A stretch of DNA of 64,000 bases from Cyclobacteriaceae bacterium. GTDB taxonomy: Bacteria; Bacteroidota; Bacteroidia; Cytophagales; Cyclobacteriaceae. Made by a program: the position numbers and the translations under genes. The stretch's first letter is position 1. Each line of letters opens with the position of its first letter. The stretch covers positions 133,976 through 197,975 of the forward strand of contig JBGAGH010000003.1 of the NCBI GenBank assembly GCA_044226825.1, written 5' to 3'. The notes under the pieces were generated by a model. The model saw only the letters and a list, made by a program, of their open reading frames with translations, was not told the DNA's origin and did not search any database. This document shows positions 9,018-17,522 of the stretch, one piece after another.

Positions 9018-10364
9018 ATGTCATTGTTAAGTAAAGAAGAAGCAAAAAAGATCCTCGAAAAGGCGGTCGGATTTTCAAAGTCCGACGGAATTGCTGCCAA
9101 TCTCTCGGGGGCCGACCGGGGCAACATTCGCTACGCACGCAACAGCGTAACTACCTCGGGCGAAGACTCCAACATGAGCCTCGGGGTCACCTCGTTCTAT
9201 GGGAAGAAATCCGGGTCTGCGACCATCAACGAATTCGATGACGCGTCGATCGAAAAAGTAGTTCGTCGCGCCGAAGAGCTCGCTAAACTAGCGCCCGAAA
9301 ACCCAGAATTTGTAGAACCCCTACCTCAACAAACGTATGGGGCCGAAGCCAAAACCTTCTCGGAAGCGACGGCAAAGATCACACCCGACCTTCGTGCGCA
9401 GGCTGCTGCGGATAGTATCAACCCAGCTGCTGCCAAGAAGGTGACGGCCGCGGGCTATCTACAAGACAGCCGCGGATTCAACGCGATTATGAACAACAGA
9501 GGTTTGTACGCTTACAACAAGTCGACGAGCGTAGACTTTACCGTAACGATGCGGACCGATGACGGCACCGGTTCTGGGTGGGCCGCCCAGGATTTGAACG
9601 ACGTGAGCAAGTTAAATGCAGGTGCCACCTCGAAAGTTGCGATCGATAAAGCACTTCAATCGCGCGAAGCGAAAGCCATAGAACCAGGGAAGTACACAGT
9701 TATCTTGGAACCGGCCGCAGCAGCGGACTTGGTTCGTCTGATGCTGAATATGAATGCGCGTCAAGCGGACGAAGGTCGAAGCTTCCTCTCGAAAAAAGGC
9801 GGCGGCACTAAGTTGGGTGAAAAACTCGTCGATGAACGCGTCAACATTTATACAGACCCGTGGCACGAAGAAGTTCCCTCGTCGAACTGGGCTTTCGACG
9901 GCCTCGCGCGTCAAAAAATGGATTTGATCAAAGGGGGTGTGGTCTCCAACCTGATCTACGATCGTTATTGGGCCCAACAAAAAGGCGTCGCGCCGATTCC
10001 GTTCCCCGGAAACGCGATCATGGATGGAGGCAACGTGTCGGTGGAAGACATGATCAAGGACACGAAACGAGGCGTGCTCGTAACGCGCTTCTGGTATATC
10101 CGCCCTGTCGATCCTCAAACATTGCTATTCACAGGTTTGACCCGCGATGGAACTTTCTACATCGAAAATGGCAAGTTGAAACATCCAATTAAGAACTTTC
10201 GATTCAACGAAAGTCCGATTATCATGTTGAACAACTTGGAGGCGCTGGGCAAACAGGTGCGGGCGGTGACAAGCGAAGGCGGTCCTTTTGGAGGTCTGAA
10301 CCTATTGATTCCCTACATGAAGATTCGCGACTTCACCTTTACGAGCCTTTCCGACGCCGTTTAA
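9018..10364 (+). CDS. pmbA: TldE/PmbA-family subunit, paralogue 1 (no signal peptide)
   Basis: Likely start is ATG 9018 (MSLLSKEEAK), not the ORF-track 8913; PGKYTVILEP, GLTRDGTFYIENG, NFRFNES; no HExxH. Confidence 0.88.
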   Translation: MSLLSKEEAKKILEKAVGFSKSDGIAANLSGADRGNIRYARNSVTTSGEDSNMSLGVTSFYGKKSGSATINEFDDASIEKVVRRAEELAKLAPENPEFVEPLPQQTYGAEAKTFSEATAKITPDLRAQAAADSINPAAAKKVTAAGYLQDSRGFNAIMNNRGLYAYNKSTSVDFTVTMRTDDGTGSGWAAQDLNDVSKLNAGATSKVAIDKALQSREAKAIEPGKYTVILEPAAAADLVRLMLNMNARQADEGRSFLSKKGGGTKLGEKLVDERVNIYTDPWHEEVPSSNWAFDGLARQKMDLIKGGVVSNLIYDRYWAQQKGVAPIPFPGNAIMDGGNVSVEDMIKDTKRGVLVTRFWYIRPVDPQTLLFTGLTRDGTFYIENGKLKHPIKNFRFNESPIIMLNNLEALGKQVRAVTSEGGPFGGLNLLIPYMKIRDFTFTSLSDAV

Positions 10365-10390
10365 CACATTTTGTCGACTCGATTATTGAC

Positions 10391-10422
10391 AGGACTGCCT
10401 CGCAACGGGCAGTCCTTTTTTT
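10391..10422 (+). terminator. Intrinsic terminator closing module 1 (D1-D2-E1)
   Basis: AGGACTGCC...GGCAGTCCT stem followed by a run of T. Confidence 0.85.
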
Positions 10423-10550
10423 CTTTGCGATGGCCCAATTTTTCATGGCCTTAGCAAATCCCGCAAGCGTGAGGAAGGTGAAATGCGCACTTTGTCCAGT
10501 TTCGGACAAGCCGCTGCTTGACCCGCGAACGAGAAAATGTTAATTAGCCC

Positions 10551-10569
10551 AAGTAACATTTTGTTACTT
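10551..10569. promoter_or_regulatory. Perfect 8-3-8 inverted repeat, candidate operator upstream of tldD3
   Basis: AAGTAACA-TTT-TGTTACTT, 57 nt before the ATG at 10627 in an AT-rich intergenic region. Confidence 0.5.
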
Positions 10570-10626
10570 TTTACTACTGAATGAGTAGAGAATGAATCGC
10601 AAACAACTCACGACTCCAAACAAAAT

Positions 10627-12261
10627 ATGAAACGACGAGATTTTATTTACCTAGCTGGTATGGGTGCAGCGGGAGCCGCTGTCTTACCGGGCATGGCGAA
10701 CGGTCGACCCATCACGGTGGAAGAGGCCCTGACGCCGGTAGACACTGCTTTGAAAAAGCGCATGGCCGATGTGGCACTCAACGCCGCGCGGTCGAAAGGT
10801 GCTTCCTACGCGGATGTGCGCATAGGCCGATACTTAAACCAATTTGTGATCACCCGCGAAGACAAGGTTCAGAATATTGCGAACACTGAATCATACGGAA
10901 TGGGAATTCGTGTGGTGGCGAATGGTGGCTGGGGCTTCGCCGCGGTCGACAAACTAGATAACGACAGCATCGCGCGAGCGGCTGAGCTGGCAGTCTCCAT
11001 CGCGAAAGAAAATTCTCGATTGCTTACCGAGAAAGTTCAACTTGCCCCGTTAACGGGACACGGTGAGGTGAGTTGGAAGACGCCTATTGAGAAAAACGCG
11101 TTCGAAGTTCCGATCAAAGATAAAGTTGACCTGTTGTTGAACGTCAACAACACGGCCATGAAGGCTGGAGCCAACTACATCACCTCACTCCTGTTCCTTA
11201 TCAACGAACAGAAGTACTTTGCGAGCACCGACGGGTCGTATATCGATCAAGACGTGCACCGCATTTGGCCCGCATTTTTTGCGACCTCGATCGATCCTTC
11301 TTCGGGTAAATTTGAAACAAGAAATTCACTCAGCGCTCCCATGGGTATGGGATATGAGTACCTCGACGTACGTCCGCAGGACAAAATCAACAGTGTGACG
11401 ACACTTTACAAAGGTCGCTACGACATGTTGGAAGACGCGCGCGCGGGTGGCGCCCAAGCCGTGGAGAAGTTGAAAGCCAAGTCGGTTGAACCTGGCAAGT
11501 ACGATCTCGTGCTCGACCCGTCGCACTTGTGGCTCACGATCCACGAGTCTGTTGGACACCCGACCGAACTCGACCGCGTGCTGGGTTATGAAGCCAACTT
11601 TGCCGGAACTTCGTTTTTGACCCTAGACAAGTGGCAATCGAAGAAGTTCAACTTCGGTAGCAAGATTGTGAATTTCGCCGCCGACAAAACACAAGTCGGC
11701 TCACTCGGTGCCGTCGGCTACGACGACGAAGGGGTGAAATGCGGAAAGTGGGATCTGATCAAAGACGGAATCTTGGTCAACTACCAAGTGATCCGCGATC
11801 AAGCGCACATTTTAGGTTTAAAGGAATCGCAAGGATGCTGCTACGCCGACAATTGGAGCAGCGTACAATTCCAGCGCATGCCCAATGTCTCGCTTCAACC
11901 GGGTAAAGAAAAGAAATCGGTCGACGATATCATCAAGGGCGTCGAGAAGGGCATCTACATCATTGGCGATGGATCGTTTTCGATCGACCAACAGCGATAC
12001 AATTTCCAGTTTGGTGGTCAACTCTTCTACGAGATCAAGAATGGAAAGATCGCGGGTATGTTGAAAGATGTCGCGTACCAGGCAAACAGTCAGGAGTTTT
12101 GGAATTCGTGCACTGCGATTGCGGACGAGAATGACTACCGCTTAGGTGGCGCATTCGGTGATGGCAAGGGTCAACCGCCGCAAAGCAACTCAGTATCGCA
12201 TGGTTCATCGACCGCGCGTTTCAATAATGTTAATGTTATCAATACCGCACGTCAAATCTGA
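10627..12261 (+). CDS. tldD: TldD-family metalloprotease, paralogue 3 (Tat signal)
   Basis: MKRRDFIYL; IHESVGHPTELD; GDGKGQP. Confidence 0.92.
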   Translation: MKRRDFIYLAGMGAAGAAVLPGMANGRPITVEEALTPVDTALKKRMADVALNAARSKGASYADVRIGRYLNQFVITREDKVQNIANTESYGMGIRVVANGGWGFAAVDKLDNDSIARAAELAVSIAKENSRLLTEKVQLAPLTGHGEVSWKTPIEKNAFEVPIKDKVDLLLNVNNTAMKAGANYITSLLFLINEQKYFASTDGSYIDQDVHRIWPAFFATSIDPSSGKFETRNSLSAPMGMGYEYLDVRPQDKINSVTTLYKGRYDMLEDARAGGAQAVEKLKAKSVEPGKYDLVLDPSHLWLTIHESVGHPTELDRVLGYEANFAGTSFLTLDKWQSKKFNFGSKIVNFAADKTQVGSLGAVGYDDEGVKCGKWDLIKDGILVNYQVIRDQAHILGLKESQGCCYADNWSSVQFQRMPNVSLQPGKEKKSVDDIIKGVEKGIYIIGDGSFSIDQQRYNFQFGGQLFYEIKNGKIAGMLKDVAYQANSQEFWNSCTAIADENDYRLGGAFGDGKGQPPQSNSVSHGSSTARFNNVNVINTARQI

Positions 12262-12269
12262 TCATACCT

Positions 12270-13604
12270 ATGCCAATACTCTCAAAAGATCAAGCGCAGG
12301 CTTTATTAAAGAAAGTGCTGAGCTATTCGAAAGCCGATGAATGTGAAGTTAATCTCACAGGAACCGACGGGGGCAACGTGAGGTATGCTCGAAACGCGGT
12401 CAGCACGAGCGGCATCGTCAGCCAAAGCCAGCTCGTCGTGCAGTCCGCCTATGGAAAGAAACTCGGGACAGCTACCATCAACGAGTTCGACGACGCTTCT
12501 CTCGAGAAGGTCGTTCGACGCTCGGAAGAATTGGCGCAGTTGGCGCCCGAGAACCCAGAGTATGTCAGCGTGCTGGGACCTCAGCAATACTCAGAGTCTA
12601 AGAGCTTTGTTCAGTCTACGGCTGCCATTACGCCCAAGCAGCGTTCGACCCTCGTAGAAGAAAGTCTGAACATTGCGAAGTCGAGTAAGACGGTGGCTGC
12701 GGGTTTCTTGGAAGACAACAACGGTTATGCCGCCATGGCAAACTCGAAAGGATTATTTGCCTACAACACTTCGACGAACACCAACTTTTCTGTTACGGTT
12801 CGCACCGAGGATGGCAAGGGCTCGGGCTATGCCACGCGTGGTTACAACGACATCACCAAGTTGGATACCAAGAGCGCCACACAGATCGCCGTAGAGAAAG
12901 CGGTTCGATCTGCGACTGCGAAAGCGATTGAACCCGGCAAATACACCGTGATCTTGGAACCCGCCGCGGTAGCGGTGCTGCTCGAAAACATATTCTTCAA
13001 CATGGATGCCCGGCAGGCGGACGAAGGGCGGAGCTTCCTCAGCAAGCCCGGTGGTCAAACCAAGCTCGGAGAAAAGATGGTGGACGAACGCGTCAACATT
13101 TATTCCGACCCGTTGCATCCAGAACTTCCCACGAGCCCGTGGGCCGGCGATGGTCGCCCACAGGAGAAAGTATCGTGGATCGAGAAAGGCGTCATCAAAA
13201 ACCTTACTTGGGGCCGCTATTGGGCCGAGAAGAAAGGTGTGAAAGCCATTCCCACACCCGACGCCGCCATCATGGAAGGTGGCACGAAGTCGCTCGATGA
13301 ACTAATACGCGGCACGAAAAAAGGTGTCCTCGTCACACGCCTCTGGTACATCCGCAGTGTGGACCCACAGACCCTCTTGCTCACAGGGTTGACACGCGAT
13401 GGAACGTTCTACATTGAAAATGGGGAGATCAAGTACCCGGTGAAGAATTTCCGCTTCAACGAGAGCCCCATCATCATGCTGAATAACTTGGAGGAATTGG
13501 GTCGTCAAGAAAGAACGGTGAGTGTCGAGTCAAACCTCAACTACCTTTTGCCACCGCTCAAGGTTCGCGACTTCACGTTCTCAAGCCTTTCCGACGCGGT
13601 TTAA
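12270..13604 (+). CDS. pmbA: TldE/PmbA-family subunit, paralogue 2
   Basis: PGKYTVILEP, GLTRDGTFYIENG, C-terminal FSSLSDAV; no signal peptide. Confidence 0.88.
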   Translation: MPILSKDQAQALLKKVLSYSKADECEVNLTGTDGGNVRYARNAVSTSGIVSQSQLVVQSAYGKKLGTATINEFDDASLEKVVRRSEELAQLAPENPEYVSVLGPQQYSESKSFVQSTAAITPKQRSTLVEESLNIAKSSKTVAAGFLEDNNGYAAMANSKGLFAYNTSTNTNFSVTVRTEDGKGSGYATRGYNDITKLDTKSATQIAVEKAVRSATAKAIEPGKYTVILEPAAVAVLLENIFFNMDARQADEGRSFLSKPGGQTKLGEKMVDERVNIYSDPLHPELPTSPWAGDGRPQEKVSWIEKGVIKNLTWGRYWAEKKGVKAIPTPDAAIMEGGTKSLDELIRGTKKGVLVTRLWYIRSVDPQTLLLTGLTRDGTFYIENGEIKYPVKNFRFNESPIIMLNNLEELGRQERTVSVESNLNYLLPPLKVRDFTFSSLSDAV

Positions 13605-13612
13605 CACCACTC

Positions 13613-13653
13613 ATGTCCGGGGGAATCGATTTCGAATCTCCCGGACATTTTTT
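13613..13653 (+). terminator. Intrinsic terminator closing module 2 (D3-E2)
   Basis: ATGTCCGGG...CCCGGACAT stem followed by TTTTT. Confidence 0.75.
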
Positions 13654-13712
13654 ATTGAAGGGACCACCGCGAACCCGTACCTTACGTTCCGGAAAAATCT
13701 AAACCTTACCCC

Positions 13713-15353
13713 ATGAACCGAAGGGATTTCGTTCGCTTGTCTGGACTTGGTGCCGGCGCCCTGATGCTGTCGCTTCCATCGCACGCCAAAGTCGTAGACG
13801 CCTCTCAACTGCTGGCTGCCGGCATGGATGTCGCCACGAAAAAACGCCTAGCCGATGTGGCTTTGAATACAGCCAAAGCGAATGGTGCGACCTATGCAGA
13901 TGCCCGCATCGCCCGCATCTTGAATCAGTTTATTATCACGCGGGAGAAGCAAGTCCAAAACGTAATCAACACGGAATCATTCGGCGTTGGCATTCGTGTG
14001 ATTGCCAACGGTACTTGGGGTTTTGCATCGACAAACAAAGTGGACGCCGATTCGATCGCAGCGGCCACACGCGAAGCCATCGCGATTGCCAAGGCCAACT
14101 CCAAATTTCAAAAAGAACCAGTGGTGCTGGCACCCGTGCCCGCGTACGGGGAAGTAAGTTGGAAGACACCCATCACCAAAAATGCGTTCACGGTTCCGTT
14201 GAAAGATAAAAGCGACTTGTTGCTGCAAGCGAACGCCAAGGCGCTTGAGAAGGGTGCCTCGTTCATCAACAACACGTTGTTTCTCGTGAACGAACAGAAA
14301 TACTTCGCGTCGACCGACGGCTCTTACATCGATCAAGACTTTCACCGCACGTGGCCTTATTTCACCGTCACGGTGGTAGATAAAGCCGGCGGGGGGTTCA
14401 AAACCCGCGACTCCTTCAGTGCGCCGGTGGGCATGGGCTACGAATACCTCGACGGTCTTGCAAAAACCAAGATAGAAGGACCGGGTGGGGTGATCCTTTA
14501 CAACAATTCGTACGACATGATCGAGGACGCTGCCCTCGCGCCAGAGCAAGCGAAGCAGATACTTTCGGCGAAATCGGTGGAGCCAGGTAAATACGACTTG
14601 GTCCTAGAACCATCTCACACCTGGCTGACCATCCACGAATCCGTAGGTCACCCTTTGGAGTTGGATCGTGTATTGGGCTACGAGGCTAACTTGGCCGGAA
14701 CAAGCTTCGCTTCCTTGGAAAAACTCCGATCGGGTAAGTTCAACTATGGAAGCAAAGTCGTGAACTTCTTCGCGGACAAGAATCAACCTTACTCGCTCGC
14801 GGCTGTAGGTTATGACGACGAAGGGGTAAAATCAAAACGCTGGGACTTGGTAAAAGATGGTGTGCTCGTCAACTTCCAGGCAATCCGCGACCAGGTCGGT
14901 CTGTTGAATGAAAAAGAATCCCATGGCTGTTCCTACGCTCAAAGTTGGAACAACGTTCAGTTCCAGAGAATGGCCAACGTATCGCTTGCACCGGGCAAAG
15001 AACCACTGACGCCGGCTCAAATGATTGCAGGCGTTGATCGAGGTATCTATATCGTAAAAGACAGCTCCTACTCGATCGATCAGCAACGGTACAATTTTCA
15101 ATTTAGTGGTGTGCTGTTCTTTGAGATCAAAGGAGGCAAGATCGTCGGCATGTTGAAAGACGTAGCCTACCAAGCAAACACGCAAGAATTCTGGAACTCC
15201 TGCGTGCAAGTCTGCGACGAACGCGACTATCGATTGAACGGCTCTTACTTCGACGGCAAAGGCCAACCAGTGCAGTCGAATTCCGTGTCGCATGGATCGG
15301 CCACCGCACGTTTCAACGGTATCAACGTGATCAACACCGCGAGAACCCTCTAA
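13713..15353 (+). CDS. tldD: TldD-family metalloprotease, paralogue 4 (Tat signal)
   Basis: MNRRDFVRL; IHESVGHPLELD; FDGKGQP. Confidence 0.92.
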   Translation: MNRRDFVRLSGLGAGALMLSLPSHAKVVDASQLLAAGMDVATKKRLADVALNTAKANGATYADARIARILNQFIITREKQVQNVINTESFGVGIRVIANGTWGFASTNKVDADSIAAATREAIAIAKANSKFQKEPVVLAPVPAYGEVSWKTPITKNAFTVPLKDKSDLLLQANAKALEKGASFINNTLFLVNEQKYFASTDGSYIDQDFHRTWPYFTVTVVDKAGGGFKTRDSFSAPVGMGYEYLDGLAKTKIEGPGGVILYNNSYDMIEDAALAPEQAKQILSAKSVEPGKYDLVLEPSHTWLTIHESVGHPLELDRVLGYEANLAGTSFASLEKLRSGKFNYGSKVVNFFADKNQPYSLAAVGYDDEGVKSKRWDLVKDGVLVNFQAIRDQVGLLNEKESHGCSYAQSWNNVQFQRMANVSLAPGKEPLTPAQMIAGVDRGIYIVKDSSYSIDQQRYNFQFSGVLFFEIKGGKIVGMLKDVAYQANTQEFWNSCVQVCDERDYRLNGSYFDGKGQPVQSNSVSHGSATARFNGINVINTARTL

Positions 15354-15389
15354 ATCACTAACACGAGAACCTTAGAATCCACCCATACC

Positions 15390-16727
15390 ATGTTATCGAA
15401 AGACGAAGCCCGTAGCATTCTTCAAAAGACCCTTGGTTTCAGTAAAGCCAACGGTTGTGAAGCCACGCTCACCGAACAAGTAGTCGGAAATATCCGATAT
15501 GCTCGCAACACGGTGACCACCGCGGGAAAGAGTACAGACACGTCTATTAATATTACCTCCTATTTTGGAAAACGAGCAGGTGTTGCGACTGTGAACGAGT
15601 TCGACGATTCATCGCTCGAAAGAGGCGTTCGTGCATCTGAGGAGTTGGCGAAACTGGCGCCGGAGAATCCCGAGTTCATGGAGCCACTAGGGCCCCAGAC
15701 TTATGCCGAATCGAAGGCTTACTTTGAATCTACCGCCAACATTTCGGCGGAATTCAGAGCACAGGCTGCCTACGACAGCATCACGCCCGCTTCGAAGGTA
15801 GGTGTAACTGCCGCTGGCTACCTTGAAGACGGAGCCGTGGTGACGGCCATGATGAACAGCAAAGGGCTCTATGCCTACAATGCTGCCACGGGTGCGAACT
15901 TTACCGTTACGATGCGCAGCAACGATGGTACGGGCTCGGGTTGGGTACAACGTGACCACAACGACATCTCGAAGATCAATATCGCCGACGCATCGAAGAT
16001 CGCGATAGATAAGGCACTTCAATCGCGTCAGGCGAAAGCCATTGAACCCGGTAAGTACACCGTGATCTTGGAATCGCAAGCGGCTGGAGACTTAATCCAA
16101 ACCATGTTCTTTAGCATGGACGCCCGGAGTGCCGATGAAGGACGAAGCTTTCTATCAAAAAAAGGCGGCGGCACCAAGCTCGGGGAAAAAATTGTGGATG
16201 AACGCGTCAATATTTACACCGATCCGTTCCATCCCGACGCTCCGTCGGCCACGTGGTCGCAAGATGGTGTTCCATTAAAGAAAATGGACGTGATTAAGAA
16301 AGGTGTCGTGTCCAATTTATTTTATGATCGATACTGGGCTTCACAAAAAAATGTTGCTCCGGTACCGGCGCCTGCAAACCTAATCATGGAAGGTGGCAAT
16401 GCGTCGTTGGAGGACATGATCAAGGATACCAAACGCGGTGTGCTGGTGACGAGGCTTTGGTACATTCGTTCGGTCGACCCTCAAACACAGCTATACACGG
16501 GGTTAACCCGGGATGGTGTATTCTATATCGAAAACGGAAAGATCAAACATCCCGTGAAAAATTTCCGGTTCAATGAAAGTCCCGTAATCATGTTGAATAA
16601 TCTGGAGACACTTGGAAAGCAAAACCGTTTGGGAAGTGGCTTTGGTCAATTCGTCGGCGGAACATTCCTCGTTCCAAACATGAAAGTGCGCGATTTTACG
16701 TTCACAAGCTTATCCGACGCCGTATAA
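15390..16727 (+). CDS. pmbA: TldE/PmbA-family subunit, paralogue 3
   Basis: PGKYTVILES, GLTRDGVFYIENG, C-terminal FTSLSDAV; no signal peptide. Confidence 0.88.
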   Translation: MLSKDEARSILQKTLGFSKANGCEATLTEQVVGNIRYARNTVTTAGKSTDTSINITSYFGKRAGVATVNEFDDSSLERGVRASEELAKLAPENPEFMEPLGPQTYAESKAYFESTANISAEFRAQAAYDSITPASKVGVTAAGYLEDGAVVTAMMNSKGLYAYNAATGANFTVTMRSNDGTGSGWVQRDHNDISKINIADASKIAIDKALQSRQAKAIEPGKYTVILESQAAGDLIQTMFFSMDARSADEGRSFLSKKGGGTKLGEKIVDERVNIYTDPFHPDAPSATWSQDGVPLKKMDVIKKGVVSNLFYDRYWASQKNVAPVPAPANLIMEGGNASLEDMIKDTKRGVLVTRLWYIRSVDPQTQLYTGLTRDGVFYIENGKIKHPVKNFRFNESPVIMLNNLETLGKQNRLGSGFGQFVGGTFLVPNMKVRDFTFTSLSDAV

Positions 16728-16833
16728 TAGATTGCATTTTTTAACAAACGGTTGTGTCTAAAACTTCATAAGGCTAAGCTGCCGCTTGAATAAATTCAGA
16801 ACCTGCCAGTTAAAAATTAGCGATCATGGGAAT

Positions 16834-16858
16834 TGATTCCCGTTGGAATCGAACCAAC
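16834..16858 (-). other. tRNA 3'-end-like fragment (T-arm plus 7 nt plus A); not a complete tRNA
   Basis: Minus strand reads GTTGG-TTCGATT-CCAAC-GGGAATC-A; no complementary 5' acceptor strand at the expected distance. Confidence 0.35.
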
Positions 16859-16879
16859 AGGAGTCGACAATTTTGAGCC

Positions 16880-17512
16880 TTGAACACGGTCCGTTTTAAT
16901 AGCCCTTTCTTCTTCACCCGCCTCCAATATGAATCCGGAGATTGGGATGTGGACCAGCGCATGCCCTCGAACGTACTGAACTCTCTCATCGAGTACACGA
17001 CCCTGCCCGTGGATACCCAAGAGAATATCGTGGCACTCAGCAGCGACGCGATCTTTCGTTGCCCCTTTTGTTACCTGAGTGGGCATAAGCTTGTCGAATT
17101 CACGTCGACCGAACGGGAGAATTTGGAAAAATATATCAAGCAGGGAGGGTTTCTCTTCGTCGACGACTGCAACCACGACATCGATGGCCTCTTCGCCAAG
17201 TCGTTTGAGTCTCAAATGGAGAAAATCTTCGGGACAGGCTCACTCAAGAAAATCCCGAAGAACCACGAGCTTTACTCGGCATTTTTTCATTTCGACGGAC
17301 CGCCCGCGACCTCGCAAGAATTGAACGGCTGGGGCGACGACATCGTCCACGACTATCTGAAAGCCATCGAAATCAACGGCAAGATCGGAGTACTGTACAG
17401 CAACAAGGACTACGGGTGCGAATGGGACTACGACTTTCGAAACAAACGTTTTTATAAAATTGATAATACGCGGTTTAGTGTCAACATCGTGATGTACGCC
17501 CTAACCGCCTAG
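16880..17512 (+). CDS. DUF4159 domain protein
   Basis: TRLQYESGDWD, GGFLFVDDCNHD and KDYGCEW motifs; TTG start is the first possible start after an in-frame stop. Confidence 0.85.
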   Translation: MNTVRFNSPFFFTRLQYESGDWDVDQRMPSNVLNSLIEYTTLPVDTQENIVALSSDAIFRCPFCYLSGHKLVEFTSTERENLEKYIKQGGFLFVDDCNHDIDGLFAKSFESQMEKIFGTGSLKKIPKNHELYSAFFHFDGPPATSQELNGWGDDIVHDYLKAIEINGKIGVLYSNKDYGCEWDYDFRNKRFYKIDNTRFSVNIVMYALTA

Positions 17513-17522
17513 CGAAGATCAT

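Noticed and set aside
16834-16910. Complete tRNA gene on the minus strand
   Set aside because: Only the T-arm and a 3' acceptor-like strand fit; there is no pairing 5' strand, D-arm or stable anticodon stem, and the 5' half would overlap DUF4159 coding sequence.
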